From positions 64,001-128,000 of the forward strand of contig CAWCUS010000003.1 of NCBI GenBank assembly GCA_963798845.1: a stretch of 64,000 bases of DNA. The letters run 5' to 3'. The notes beneath the pieces were generated by a model. It searched no databases. It had not been told where the DNA came from and was given only the letters and a program-made list of their open reading frames with translations. This document shows positions 10,701 to 20,085 of this stretch, in pieces; the stretch's first letter is position 1, and every line of letters begins with the position of its first letter. The translations under genes and the position numbers were made by a program. The stretch is from an uncultured Gemmatimonadales bacterium. Lineage in GTDB: Bacteria; Gemmatimonadota; Gemmatimonadetes; Longimicrobiales; RSA9.

Positions 10701-12329
10701 GTAGACGCCGAACAGGCCCCGGTCGGGGATCGTCCCCGCGTTCACCGCCGCGAGCATCCTCGACCCGCGGCGCCCCTCGATGACGTCGCGCTCCCGGTCC
10801 CACGTGATGCGCGGGCGCAGCTCACTGAACTCGTGCGACGGGTACAGTCCACTCAGCATGTCCAGCACACCCGTGAGCGCCGCGTCGGGCAGATCCCGGA
10901 AGCTCGCGGCCCGCCGGACCAGCGTCGCCAGCTCGTGCACCGGCCACGGCCGGACCGCAGCCATGGCCACGACCTGCTGCGCCAGCACGTCCAGCGGGTT
11001 GCGCGGGACGCGCAGCGCTTCGATCTCCCCCTCCCGCATGCGTCGGGCGACGACCGTCGCCTCCAGCAGGTCGCCCCGGTGCTTCGGGAACACCCGCCCC
11101 TTGCTGGGCTCCCCCACGTGGTGCCCGGCGCGCCCCACGCGCTGCAGGCCGCTCCCCACGCTTCCGGGGCTCTCGACCAGGATCACCAGGTCCACCGCCC
11201 CCATGTCGATCCCCAGCTCCAGCGAGCTGGTGGCGACGATGGCCGGGAGCGTCCCCCCCTTCAGCGCCTCTTCGATCTCCCGGCGCTGCTCGTGCGCCAG
11301 GCTGCCGTGGTGCGCCCGCACCAGCTCTTCCCCCGCCAGCTCGTTCAGCCGCTGGGCCAGCCGCTCGCACAGGCCCCGACTGTTCACGAACACCAGCGTG
11401 GTGCGGTGCGCCTTGATGAGCTTCAGGATCTCCGGATACACCGCCGGCCAGATCCCGTACTGCCGGGTCACCTCCTCCTCTTCCGCCAGCATGAGCGACG
11501 CCGGCTCCGCGCCTTCGTCCGGGATCACGTAGCCGTGACCACCCCCGTCTCCGCCCACCTCCCGACCACCGGGGCCGGCGCCGTCGCCATTCCCCACAGC
11601 CACCACCGGCCGCGTCATGTCCTCCACCGGCACGACCACGCCAAGGTCCAGCGCGGGCGGGATGTGCGTGTCCACGATGCTCACCGGACGATCGCCACCG
11701 AGGAAGCGCGCCACTTCCTCCGCCGGCCGCGCCGTCGCCGACAGCCCGATCCGCTGCGGGTCCGATTCCGCCAGCGCGCACAGCCGCTCCAGCGACAGCG
11801 CCAGGTGGGCTCCCCGCTTCGTGGCCGCCATGGCGTGGATCTCGTCCACGATCACCCAACGGACTGTGCGAAACGTCTCTCTCGCCTGGGAGCCCAGCAG
11901 CAGATAGAGCGATTCGGGCGTGGTGACCAGGATCTCCCCCGGATCCCGGGCTTGACGACGACGGTCCGATTGCGACGTGTCGCCCGTCCGCACGTCCACA
12001 CGGGGAGCCCGAAACGGCACCGCCAACTGTGCCGCCGCACGCTCCATCCCCGCCAGCGGCGTGCGGAGGTTGCGCTCAATGTCGTAGACCAGGGCCTTCA
12101 GCGGGGACACGTACACGACCCGCACTCCCGGCTCCGCGTCCTCGGCATCCCGTCCGAGCCGGTCCAGCGCGAACAGGAACGCAGCCAGCGTCTTGCCGCT
12201 ACCCGTGGGGGCGATCAGCAGCGCGTGGTCGCCCCCCTGGATCCGCTCCCACCCCGCCGCCTGGACGGGTGTGGGCGCGGCGAAGGCCGCGTCGAACCAG
12301 CGGCGCGTCGCGTCGGTGAAATAATCCAA
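7731..12329 (-). CDS. lhr: Large helicase-related ATP-dependent DNA helicase Lhr (long form with C-terminal domain)
   Basis: APTGSGKT, SPLKAL, DEIH, LSAT, SSLELGIDMG, QRVGRAGH; C-terminal RRGYFVEGLGGAQFA and DPANPYG; TTG start after GGGAGA. Confidence 0.95.
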   Translation of the reverse strand: MDYFTDATRRWFDAAFAAPTPVQAAGWERIQGGDHALLIAPTGSGKTLAAFLFALDRLGRDAEDAEPGVRVVYVSPLKALVYDIERNLRTPLAGMERAAAQLAVPFRAPRVDVRTGDTSQSDRRRQARDPGEILVTTPESLYLLLGSQARETFRTVRWVIVDEIHAMAATKRGAHLALSLERLCALAESDPQRIGLSATARPAEEVARFLGGDRPVSIVDTHIPPALDLGVVVPVEDMTRPVVAVGNGDGAGPGGREVGGDGGGHGYVIPDEGAEPASLMLAEEEEVTRQYGIWPAVYPEILKLIKAHRTTLVFVNSRGLCERLAQRLNELAGEELVRAHHGSLAHEQRREIEEALKGGTLPAIVATSSLELGIDMGAVDLVILVESPGSVGSGLQRVGRAGHHVGEPSKGRVFPKHRGDLLEATVVARRMREGEIEALRVPRNPLDVLAQQVVAMAAVRPWPVHELATLVRRAASFRDLPDAALTGVLDMLSGLYPSHEFSELRPRITWDRERDVIEGRRGSRMLAAVNAGTIPDRGLFGVYMGEGGPRVGELDEEMVHESRPGQTFTLGASTWRIQEITRDRVLVEPAPGEPGRLPFWKGEGPGRPLELGRAVGAFTRELSTMAEDDALRRLTGADGLDPLAARNLLDYLAEQREATGTLPTDRDITVERFRDELGDWRVCIMTPFGARVHAPWALAIRGIVSERVGYDVQAVWSDDGIVLTIADGDEPPGTDLLIPDEEELEERLLEELARSPLFASQFRENAARALLLPRRRPGQRTPLFAQRLRAQKLMSVAMQYPNFPIVMETYRSCLQDVFDVPALRDVLSAVQRREVRVHEAETRSASPFARSLVYAYVAAYLYEGDSPAAERRAQALSVDVTLLRELLGEADLRDLLDADVIAEVEAQLQRRTEPRRARHADALHDTLRELGDLTLEEVRERSAEDPAEWLDELERARRVVRVRVGGRDAWIAVEDAGLYRDALGTAPPAGVAAVFLEPVERPVEALLLRWARTHGPFTPAEVAGRWGLVPAQVRLLLESVEERLLRGEFRPGRDTEEWVEPDVLRQIKRRTIARLRGQVAPVPASVLARFLPVWHRAAGDPYERLEEAVAQLEGIPLSYRELVRMILPSRVRTFHPSQLDDLGAMGWLVWVGHSPLRGDDGRILLYRRDRVDRLLVPPVMEDACERVEGFGERHQAILEHLERRGALFHGELVAGVGAPDGGLPEGQGGAGSREAERVLEALWDLVWAGLVTNDTFAALRSLGVRSRSSPGRPGSGHWPGSHGRPGPVGRHGRRAAWAPVSSLHAGGVGSPGGRWSLVRDLVRWPVSSTERAAAWASTLLDRHGLVARETAAVEALGGGFSSVYQVLRSMEEAGKARRGYFVEGLGGAQFAYPGIVDRLRGIRDDAGEEGVVVLAASDPANPYGWLLPWPELTETGGRPPTRSTGAAVVLVGGVPALFLDRRGRRLRTFSGADREMVTRAVPALRDVARRHPRGALSLEEVDGEPAFRSSLKAVLVGAGYVADYRFIRVAAE

Positions 12330-12485
12330 GGTTCTCCCGGTCGGCTGCGTCCGTCTCGCGCGCGTGAGGCCGTTCTCCTACCCCGCCCCCGCCACGCCGG
12401 GTCCCCCCCGACCCACCCGTGCCGCAGGCGGCTTGGCGCCCTCGCTCCATTGAGCAAAACGCCCACTCCCGCTATCCTGCGCCCC

Positions 12486-13226
12486 ATGCTCGACAATGCG
12501 TTGGTCCGCCAGGGCAACTGGCTGTTCCGGTGGCGCAGCTACCTGCCCGTGCCAGTGCTCCTCGGCCTCATGGTCTGGGTGCTCTTCGCCCCCGAGGCGC
12601 GGGCGGTGGCCATGGGCAGCACGGCCTGGCAGGGCGTCTGTCTGGCCATCGGCGCGGCCGGTCTGGCCATCCGCGTCTGGGTGGCCGGGCAGGTGCCGAA
12701 GGGAACGTCCGGGCGGAACACGGCAGAAGGGCAGGTCGCCGACACGCTCAACAGCACCGGACCGTACTCGCTCGTCAGGCACCCGCTCTACGTGGGCAAC
12801 TTCCTCATGTGGGTGAGTGTGGCGCTCTTCACGCAGACGCTCTGGGCGATCCTCCTGGCCATCGGCTTCTTCTGGTTCGTTTACGAACGGATCATGCTCG
12901 CCGAGGAGGAGTTCCTGCGCGCCAGGTTCGGCGAGCGCGTGGCGACGTGGGCCGCGGCCACCCCCGCCGTCTTTCCCGCTCTCACCCGCTGGCGCCGAGC
13001 CGAGCTGCCGTACTCGTGGAAGACCGCGCTTCGCCGCGAGTACTCGGGGATGTTCGGGATGATCCTCGCGCTCGCCCTCATGGAGGTCCTCCGCGAGCTC
13101 AACCTCACCGGCACCGTCTGGCTCACCACGCTCTGGCGCGTCCTCCTTCCCGCAGCCACCGCACTTTACCTCCTCCTCCGCACGCTCAAGCGCCGCACCG
13201 GACTGCTCCGCGTCGAAGGCCGCTGA
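12486..13226 (+). CDS. ICMT/PEMT-family membrane methyltransferase (lipid A phosphate methyltransferase LmtA-like)
   Basis: GNWLFRWRSYLP, GTSGRNT, TGPYSLVRHPLYVGN, YERIMLAEEEFLR, LRREYSG. Confidence 0.8.
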   Translation: MLDNALVRQGNWLFRWRSYLPVPVLLGLMVWVLFAPEARAVAMGSTAWQGVCLAIGAAGLAIRVWVAGQVPKGTSGRNTAEGQVADTLNSTGPYSLVRHPLYVGNFLMWVSVALFTQTLWAILLAIGFFWFVYERIMLAEEEFLRARFGERVATWAAATPAVFPALTRWRRAELPYSWKTALRREYSGMFGMILALALMEVLRELNLTGTVWLTTLWRVLLPAATALYLLLRTLKRRTGLLRVEGR

Positions 13227-13281
13227 CCAGCTCACCTGCCGCCCTTTCAGAAGGCCGGCGCCGAATGCTGCCGTCCGCCAT

Positions 13282-14169
13282 TCACCGTCCTGCTTCCCCG
13301 GTCCCGCTGACGTCCCCTCGCCGCACCGTGATGTGGTACACCGGCTCCAGCTGCTCCAGCGTCACCAGCACCTCGCCCCGCGACTGCGCCTCATGCAACA
13401 CTCCGCCGAGGATCGCCTCCAGCTCGCGCGACTTCCTCGCCGCCACACGCTCCAGCGTTCGGCGCGCCACTTCCTCCAGTGCTGGCTTCGCCTCCGCCAA
13501 TGCGGCCGCAATGGTCCGCGCGACATCCACCGGCAGCACCTGCGGCGCGGCGTAGCCGGAGTACGCCACATCGACCGTGGTACCATACTCGTGCGCGCTC
13601 ATCCCGGCAGCGGCGTTCACGTTCGTCCGGCGCAGCGACGCCTGGTCCTCCGCGGTCCGCAGCGCGCTCGAGATCTCGAGTCGTAGCGGCGGCAGCTCCA
13701 ACTGCTGAAGGCTACCCTGGAATGCGGCCCCGATTCGCTCCAGCAGCGCCTTCGTCGCCGGCGTGACGAACGGCTGCGAAGCATCCAGGTCCCGCACCAC
13801 CCAGTACCGCCCATCCTCGAGGCGGACCAGCCGACCGGCGGCCACCAGCGAGTCCAGCGCCGACCGGTCGCGCGCCCGCACGCCGTAGAGCCTGGCACTG
13901 GCGAGGTTCTCGGCATTCGAGTATCGCCGCAACGCCGCCTTCTCGTCCGGACGCAGGAGGTGGACGGGGCGAAGCCGGGCCTCGACGCTGTCCGCCAGCG
14001 CTCCGGATTGCGCAACGACCGCCGCGAGCGCCGCGGCAGCGCCCGTCGCCCCTTCCCGCCCCGCAGCGGGCGTCGAGTCCGCCACCTCGTTCGACGCGCC
14101 GTGCCCGCCTCGCTCCGCTCCTCCACAGGCGGCCGCCACGAGGATCATCACCAGCCCCACCCCTCTCAT
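13282..14169 (-). CDS. DUF5715-family lipoprotein (peptidase M15-like fold)
   Basis: Lipobox-like VAAAC; SSALRT...NVNAA...SAHEYGTTVDVAY; EQLEPVYHITV. Confidence 0.7.
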   Translation of the reverse strand: MRGVGLVMILVAAACGGAERGGHGASNEVADSTPAAGREGATGAAAALAAVVAQSGALADSVEARLRPVHLLRPDEKAALRRYSNAENLASARLYGVRARDRSALDSLVAAGRLVRLEDGRYWVVRDLDASQPFVTPATKALLERIGAAFQGSLQQLELPPLRLEISSALRTAEDQASLRRTNVNAAAGMSAHEYGTTVDVAYSGYAAPQVLPVDVARTIAAALAEAKPALEEVARRTLERVAARKSRELEAILGGVLHEAQSRGEVLVTLEQLEPVYHITVRRGDVSGTGEAGR

Positions 14170-14310
14170 CCTTGCCGTCTCCTCTCCCTGTCGCGCTCCC
14201 ACGAGCCTGGACGGTCCGCGGGCGTCCGGTTCGGCTCCGGTTCCCGCATGGACCGATCCACGCCCGCCCCCCAGATTGATGTCAGCCCGTTCCCCCGAAC
14301 CACTCCACCC

Positions 14311-17220
14311 ATGCAACGAATCGCTTACGTCGTCGCCGCCGCTCTCGCGGTATGCGCGCTGCCCATCCGGACGGCAGCACAGGCGCCCCCCTTCTCCGTT
14401 GGCCCGTGGCAGCGCGTCGACACGGAGCACTTCACCTTTCTTTTCCCGGAAGACATGGAGGAGTGGACGCTCCCGATGGCGGCGCGCATGGAAGCCGTGC
14501 ACGACGCGGTCGAGGGCTTCGTCGGGCACGCCCCCGAGGGCCGCACGACCGTTCTCGTCGACGACCCGACGAACGTGTCCAACGGCTCCATGCTTCCCGG
14601 TCCGCTCCTCTTCCTGTGGCCCACACCGCCGTCGCCGCGCTCGACCATTGGCGAGAACCGGGGCTGGAGCGAGATCCTGGCCGTGCACGAGTTCACCCAC
14701 GCCGCACACCTGACCCGCCCTTCCCGCAACCCGGGAGCGCGCCTGTTCTGGAGCCTGTTCCCCGTCCCCGTCACGCGCATCATGGCCACCACGCCGCGCT
14801 GGGTCACGGAGGGGTATGCCACGTACGTGGAGGGGAAGCTGACGGGGAGCGGACGCCCCCACGGCGCATGGCGCGCCGCCGTACTTCGGACGTGGGCGCT
14901 CGACGGCCGGCTCCCGTCCTACGACGCCGTGAGCGGAACCGGCGGATACTGGGGCGGCTCGATGGCCTATCTGGTCGGCTCCGCCTACCTCCAGTGGCTG
15001 GTCGAACGCGAGGGCCGCGGCGAACGCGTCCTGCCCGATCTCTGGGCGCGCCTGACCGCCCGCGACGTGCGCCGCTTCCGCGAGGCCTTCGTCGGCGTCT
15101 TCGGCGCCCCACCCGACGAGATGTACGGCCACTTCAAGGTGGACCTCACGGCCAATGCGCTGGCCGTTCGAAGCGCCATCGACGCCGCCGGCGGGGAGGT
15201 GAGCGGGGAGTTGTTCCAGCGTCTCCAGGGCTCCACTGGCGACCCCGCGGTGTCCCCGGACGGCGAGCACCTGGCCGTCGTCCTCCGGCCGCCGGACGAG
15301 CCGTCGCGCCTGGTCGTCGTGTCCACCACCCCGGACACGCTCACCACCGGACAACGCGAGCGCGAGGCCAGGGTGTTCGAGCGCGATCCGGAGGATGTCC
15401 GCCCCGTGGCGGGCTATCCGAGAGCTCAGAAGCCGGAGGCCACGCTCCGGCCGGCGTTCGGCCAGGAGTACCACAGCCCGGCCTGGCTCCCCGATGGCAG
15501 CGGCGTCCTCGTCGTCCGCAACGACATCGCGGACAACGGCAGGATGCGCCCCGATCTCTTCCTCTGGCGCTGGGAGGACGGCAGCATCCGACGGATCACT
15601 CACGGCGCCGCTGTCCGCAGCCCGGACGCGTCCCCGGATGGCCGCTGGGCGGCCGCGGTCCGCTGCGTCCACGGCCGCTGCGACCTCGTGCGCGTCGATC
15701 TCGCCTCCGGCCGCGTCACCACCCTCGCCGCCGCCGACCCCATGACCCCGTTCGACCACCCCCGGGTGTCACCGGACGGACAGACCATCGTCGCCAGCGT
15801 CCAGGACCCGCGCGGCTGGCAGCTCGTCGCCCTCGATGCCGATGGCTCGGACATCCGCGCCCTCGGCCCGGCAGATGGAGCCAGCCGCTTCGACGCCGAT
15901 TTCCTGGCCGACGGCCGGTCGCTGGTCCTGACCTCCGACCACGGCGGCGTTCACGACCTGGAGATCCTCGATCTCGAAACCGGCGACGTCCGGGCGCTCA
16001 CACGCGTGCTCGGTGCAGCCGTGGCGCCGGCGCCCGGCCCCGGAGCGGACGTTTTCTTCCTGTCCCTCCACAGCCGGGGCTGGGACATCCGCCGCATTGC
16101 GCTCGACTCCGCACCGGGCGGCCCGCCCGTGTTCCTCCCGCGCACCCTGGCCCCGGCCGTCCCTGCCCTGCGGGAGCCGGGCGACACGTTCGCCCCCACA
16201 CCCCTCGGGCCCCTCCACCCCTACGGCCTGGGGCCGCGCTTCCGGGCCCTCCTTCCGATGACCAGCCTCGCCGTCGACGGCTACGCGGGCGGCCTGGCGC
16301 TCGCCGGCACCGATCCCATAGGCCGGCTATCCTGGCAGCTCCAGGGGATGTACGGAACGGATGACGCCTGGAAAGGAGCGTCCCTCCGCGTGCTCTGGCG
16401 CGGCACGCGCCCCTGGGTCGGGTTCTCCGGCTTCTGGGCCGACCAGCTCCGAACGCGCGACGTCCTCCTGCCGCCGCTCCCGCTGGGCGCCGACACTCTC
16501 GCCCCCGGCGCTCGGCGCATCGGCCTGCGCTACCGCGGCGGCGAAGCCACGCTCGAGCTCTCGAGGCGCGGCCTGGCGCACCGCACTCTGGCTCGCTTCG
16601 GCGGCTCCGCCGGTGTGGTCGACGCGAGCGGACTCCAGGAAGCAGCCCGCTATCTCGCCTTCGGCGACGTCGCCCTCACACTCCGTCAGAGGCCCTTCGG
16701 CTGGGGCTTCGACGAGTCGCTCGCCCTCCACGGATCCGTCGGCCGGACCGGATCCCTCGACTGGCGACGCTGGCTGGGCTCCGCCAGTCTCGCCCTCGCC
16801 GGCGATCACGGCCACCTCGCCCTTTCCGGCACGGCAGGCCGCACGGACGCACCCCTCGGATCCATGGAGGAGTTCCAGATCGGCGGCGTGCCGCCGATCC
16901 TCTTCGAGGCCGCTCTCCTGTCCCAGCGCGTGGCCATGCCGGCGCTGCCGGACGCTTTCCTCCGCGGCCGGAGCATCCGCACGGCCCGCGCGGAGCTCGG
17001 CGGCGTGCTCCCGTTCACGCCGTTCTACTGGGTCGGCGAGGCGGAGCAGGACGGGCGGGGCTGGTACTCCGTTGCGGGCGGCGAGCTGACCGGAGGCACT
17101 CCCGCGCTCCCGTTCCTCCGCCTCCCGGCAGCCGACGTCCACGCGGGCGTCGCCCGCACGCTCTCGTCGCCGGACCGCGGGGAATGGCGCGGCTGGCTGG
17201 TCCTGGGATTCAGGCCCTGA
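14311..17220 (+). CDS. Secreted multidomain protein: gluzincin-type metallopeptidase + PD40/TolB-like beta-propeller + probable C-terminal beta-barrel
   Basis: Signal peptide; HEFTH and WVTEGYATY; repeats PAVSPDG, PAWLPDG, PDASPDG, PRVSPDG; amphipathic strand-like C-terminus (GWLVLGFRP). Confidence 0.75.
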   Translation: MQRIAYVVAAALAVCALPIRTAAQAPPFSVGPWQRVDTEHFTFLFPEDMEEWTLPMAARMEAVHDAVEGFVGHAPEGRTTVLVDDPTNVSNGSMLPGPLLFLWPTPPSPRSTIGENRGWSEILAVHEFTHAAHLTRPSRNPGARLFWSLFPVPVTRIMATTPRWVTEGYATYVEGKLTGSGRPHGAWRAAVLRTWALDGRLPSYDAVSGTGGYWGGSMAYLVGSAYLQWLVEREGRGERVLPDLWARLTARDVRRFREAFVGVFGAPPDEMYGHFKVDLTANALAVRSAIDAAGGEVSGELFQRLQGSTGDPAVSPDGEHLAVVLRPPDEPSRLVVVSTTPDTLTTGQREREARVFERDPEDVRPVAGYPRAQKPEATLRPAFGQEYHSPAWLPDGSGVLVVRNDIADNGRMRPDLFLWRWEDGSIRRITHGAAVRSPDASPDGRWAAAVRCVHGRCDLVRVDLASGRVTTLAAADPMTPFDHPRVSPDGQTIVASVQDPRGWQLVALDADGSDIRALGPADGASRFDADFLADGRSLVLTSDHGGVHDLEILDLETGDVRALTRVLGAAVAPAPGPGADVFFLSLHSRGWDIRRIALDSAPGGPPVFLPRTLAPAVPALREPGDTFAPTPLGPLHPYGLGPRFRALLPMTSLAVDGYAGGLALAGTDPIGRLSWQLQGMYGTDDAWKGASLRVLWRGTRPWVGFSGFWADQLRTRDVLLPPLPLGADTLAPGARRIGLRYRGGEATLELSRRGLAHRTLARFGGSAGVVDASGLQEAARYLAFGDVALTLRQRPFGWGFDESLALHGSVGRTGSLDWRRWLGSASLALAGDHGHLALSGTAGRTDAPLGSMEEFQIGGVPPILFEAALLSQRVAMPALPDAFLRGRSIRTARAELGGVLPFTPFYWVGEAEQDGRGWYSVAGGELTGGTPALPFLRLPAADVHAGVARTLSSPDRGEWRGWLVLGFRP

Positions 17221-17320
17221 GCGCCGACCGGGGCGTGTGCCCCGTTCGTAGCGCGTATGCGAAGTGGCGCGGCCCCGTGGGGACCGCGCCACTCGCCTCG
17301 CAGGTACCACGTTGTACCGG

Positions 17321-18403
17321 TCAGTTCGCCGAGAGCCAGTTGCTGGTGGCGGTGAGGAGGTCCTCCACCCAGTGCGGGTTGTGCACGCCCAGGCTCCGGT
17401 CCTCCATGATCATGTTGTAGTTGAGGAACGCCTTCACCAGGTCCGTATCGTACGTCCCCGGGACCGGCTCCCCCCCTTCATCCACGATCCCGTGGTCCTC
17501 CAGCTTCCCGGCCACGGTCGCGAGCAGCCCGGCGATCTTGTCCTGCAGGCCGAACTCGCCGCTCGGCGTGCCGGAGTGGCAGGCGTTGCAGCGCCCGTCG
17601 TTGAGGACATCCCCGTTGTCCAGCGTCACCCGCCACGTGTGGCCGCCCGCCTGCACGTCCACCGCGTCCTGCATGTGACAGCCCACGCACCCGAACTGCG
17701 TGTGCGCGTCGAAATCCGTCTGCGCCGGCATGCTCACCCCCGGCAGATCGAATGCGCCCATCCCCGACATCACGTTGGACTGCGGACCGTGGTGCACGCC
17801 GAAGCGATTGCTGGTGATCGTGAACGTCTCACCCGAGATGTTCCCGGGATTGCGCGCCTGATGGCAGTGCGCGCACAGGTTCGCGCCCGGAAAGGCGAGG
17901 CTGTCCAGCGAAGCGTTCGGGGTCGCCAGATCACTCATGGCGAACGTGCCGCCCACGATCAGGTCCACCGGCTGCGCCGTCGTGAACGACCAGTCCGCAT
18001 CCGTGTACGTCTCGTGGATGTTGTGGCACGTCCGGCAGCCGATCCGCGTCAGCAGGTGGATCTCGTCCGCCTGCAGCGTGTCCTGGATCGGCTCCTCGTT
18101 CACCGCGACGAAGCCGTTGTGCGTGTGACACGTGTTGCACGGCGCGTCGTCCCGCAGCCATGTCGTCCCGGAGCCGTGCGCCGACGTCTGGTACTGCACC
18201 TCACGCCCCACGATCGTCACGTCCGACGTGTGGCAGTCCGAGCACGTGTTGAGCGCGTTCTGCCCCGCGGGTCCCTGCGGCCCCTGGGGACCCTGCGGGC
18301 CCGCGGCTCCCTGTGGGCCGGCCGGGCCCTCCGGCCCCTCGCATGCAGCAAGCCCGAACAGGAGCAACACCGATCCGAGCAGGAGAGGGAGTTTCTGCCG
18401 CAT
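17321..18403 (-). CDS. Hexaheme c-type cytochrome lipoprotein with collagen-like stalk (paralog 1)
   Basis: Lipobox LAAC; nine G-x-y triplets; six CxxCH (CSDCH, CNTCH, CRTCH, CAHCH, CVGCH, CNACH); C-terminal EDRSLGVHN helix region. Confidence 0.92.
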   Translation of the reverse strand: MRQKLPLLLGSVLLLFGLAACEGPEGPAGPQGAAGPQGPQGPQGPAGQNALNTCSDCHTSDVTIVGREVQYQTSAHGSGTTWLRDDAPCNTCHTHNGFVAVNEEPIQDTLQADEIHLLTRIGCRTCHNIHETYTDADWSFTTAQPVDLIVGGTFAMSDLATPNASLDSLAFPGANLCAHCHQARNPGNISGETFTITSNRFGVHHGPQSNVMSGMGAFDLPGVSMPAQTDFDAHTQFGCVGCHMQDAVDVQAGGHTWRVTLDNGDVLNDGRCNACHSGTPSGEFGLQDKIAGLLATVAGKLEDHGIVDEGGEPVPGTYDTDLVKAFLNYNMIMEDRSLGVHNPHWVEDLLTATSNWLSAN

Positions 18404-18564
18404 GGGTTCAGCTTCCTTTCGCTGGTGGTCCTATCCCGCGCTGCGGGCGGCTCCGGGGCGGCCGACGCTCCACCCCCACCGCCGCCGTGGAGGTGTCCGG
18501 TCGACCGGATTTCGCAGGATGCAGGTACCGAGCCGCTGGTCCAAACACACGTGCCCCCGCATGA

Positions 18565-18600
18565 CGAAGCGCCGCACCCCGGGAGGGGCACGGCGCTTCG
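18565..18600 (-). terminator. Stem-loop between the two cytochrome genes
   Basis: CGAAGCGCCG...CGGCGCTTCG inverted repeat about 30 nt after the paralog 2 stop; weak U tail. Confidence 0.5.
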
Positions 18601-18630
18601 CTCCTGCTGACCTTCGGGTCGGGAGACCCG

Positions 18631-19707
18631 TCAGTTCGCCTTCAGCCAGTTCAGCGTGGCCGTCAGCACGTCCTCGGCCCAGTGCGGGTTGTGCACGCCC
18701 AGGCTGCGGTCCTCGAGGATCATGTCGTAGTTCAGGAACGCCTTGACCAGCGGCGTGGCATAGGTGCCCGGAACCGGCGAGCCGGCCGCGCTCAGGATCC
18801 CCTTCTCCACCAGCTGCGCCGCGACGGCGTCGAGCTTCTGCTGGATCTTTTCCTGGAACCCGAACTCGCCCGACGGCGAACCCGAGTGGCAGCCATTGCA
18901 GCGGCCGTCGTTCAGGACCTCGCCGTCATCCAGCGCGACGCGCCACGTGTGGCCTCCCGCCTCCTGACCAACCGCGTCCTGCATGTGGCAGCCCACGCAC
19001 CCGAAGGCCGTGTGGCCATCGAAGTCCACCGACGCCGGCATCGGCGCGCCCGGCAGGTCGTACGCCCCCTGCCCCGACAGCACGTTCGACTGCGGCCCGT
19101 GATGCATCCCGAAGTGCGTGCTCGTCACGCGGAACGTCTCCCCCGACAGGTCGCCCGGGTCCCGCGCCTGATGGCAGTGCGCGCACAGGTTCGCACCCGC
19201 GAAGTCGCCCACCGCCGCGTTCGGCGACGCGTTCAGCGCGTTGATGTCGAACGTGCCCCCCACGATCAGGTCGACCGGCTCCGTCGTGGTCAGCGCCCAG
19301 TCCGCGTCCGTGTACGTCTCGTGCACGTTGTGGCAGGTCCGGCAGTTGATCCGGGTCAGCAGATGGATCTCGTCGCCAGCCAGCGTGTCCGGGTTCGCCG
19401 CGTTCGCCGCAATGAACCCGTTGTGCGTATGGCACGTGTTGCACGGCGCATCGTAGCGCTCCCACGTGTCACCCGCGCCGTGCGCCGACGTCTCGTACTG
19501 CGCTTCCCGCGCCACGATCGTTACGTCCGACGTATGACAGTCCGAACACGTGTTCAGCGCGTCCTGCCCCGCCGGCCCCTGCGGCCCCTGCGGCCCCGTG
19601 GCGCCCTGCGTGCCACCAGGTCCCGCAGGACCCGCAGGCCCTTCACAGGCCGCCATGCCCAGAGCCAGGAACATGGCTCCGAGCAGGAGAGGTAGCTTCT
19701 TTGTCAT
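18631..19707 (-). CDS. Hexaheme c-type cytochrome lipoprotein with collagen-like stalk (paralog 2)
   Basis: Start MTKKLPLLLG, lipobox MAAC; nine G-x-y triplets; six CxxCH (CSDCH, CNTCH, CRTCH, CAHCH, CVGCH, CNGCH). Confidence 0.92.
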   Translation of the reverse strand: MTKKLPLLLGAMFLALGMAACEGPAGPAGPGGTQGATGPQGPQGPAGQDALNTCSDCHTSDVTIVAREAQYETSAHGAGDTWERYDAPCNTCHTHNGFIAANAANPDTLAGDEIHLLTRINCRTCHNVHETYTDADWALTTTEPVDLIVGGTFDINALNASPNAAVGDFAGANLCAHCHQARDPGDLSGETFRVTSTHFGMHHGPQSNVLSGQGAYDLPGAPMPASVDFDGHTAFGCVGCHMQDAVGQEAGGHTWRVALDDGEVLNDGRCNGCHSGSPSGEFGFQEKIQQKLDAVAAQLVEKGILSAAGSPVPGTYATPLVKAFLNYDMILEDRSLGVHNPHWAEDVLTATLNWLKAN

Positions 19708-20085
19708 TGATCTCGTCTCCCTGTCGGGTAGTCGAAGAAATGATGCTGAGTCCTTCACCTTCCCTGCCCCCCTGCCGTGGCCCGCTCCCGCATCCATCAC
19801 CTTCGACTTACCGAAGGGTAGGAGGCACGGACCCCCCCGTCGCATCGCTACGCGGCGGCGTGCTCACACCCCAGGGCTCAGGGACGTTCGAATTATCGGC
19901 CCGGTTCCAGCACCACGCTATCCGGAAACCCGTGGAAACTGCCTTGGGAATTTTCCCTACAAACGGCAGCCCTCAGACAGCGGGGCAAAGTCCCACTCGC
20001 CGGTCGGGGTCTCCTCACGCACGCGCCCGCGCGCAAAAGCATTGGCGGAAACGTGCACCGGTGGGAGAGGGCGCGCGGCCGGGGG

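Noticed and set aside
18521..18535. sigma54 promoter CGGCTCGGTACCTGC for cytochrome paralog 1
   Set aside because: GG-N10-GC spacing is common by chance at this GC content, and I saw no supporting IHF site or UAS
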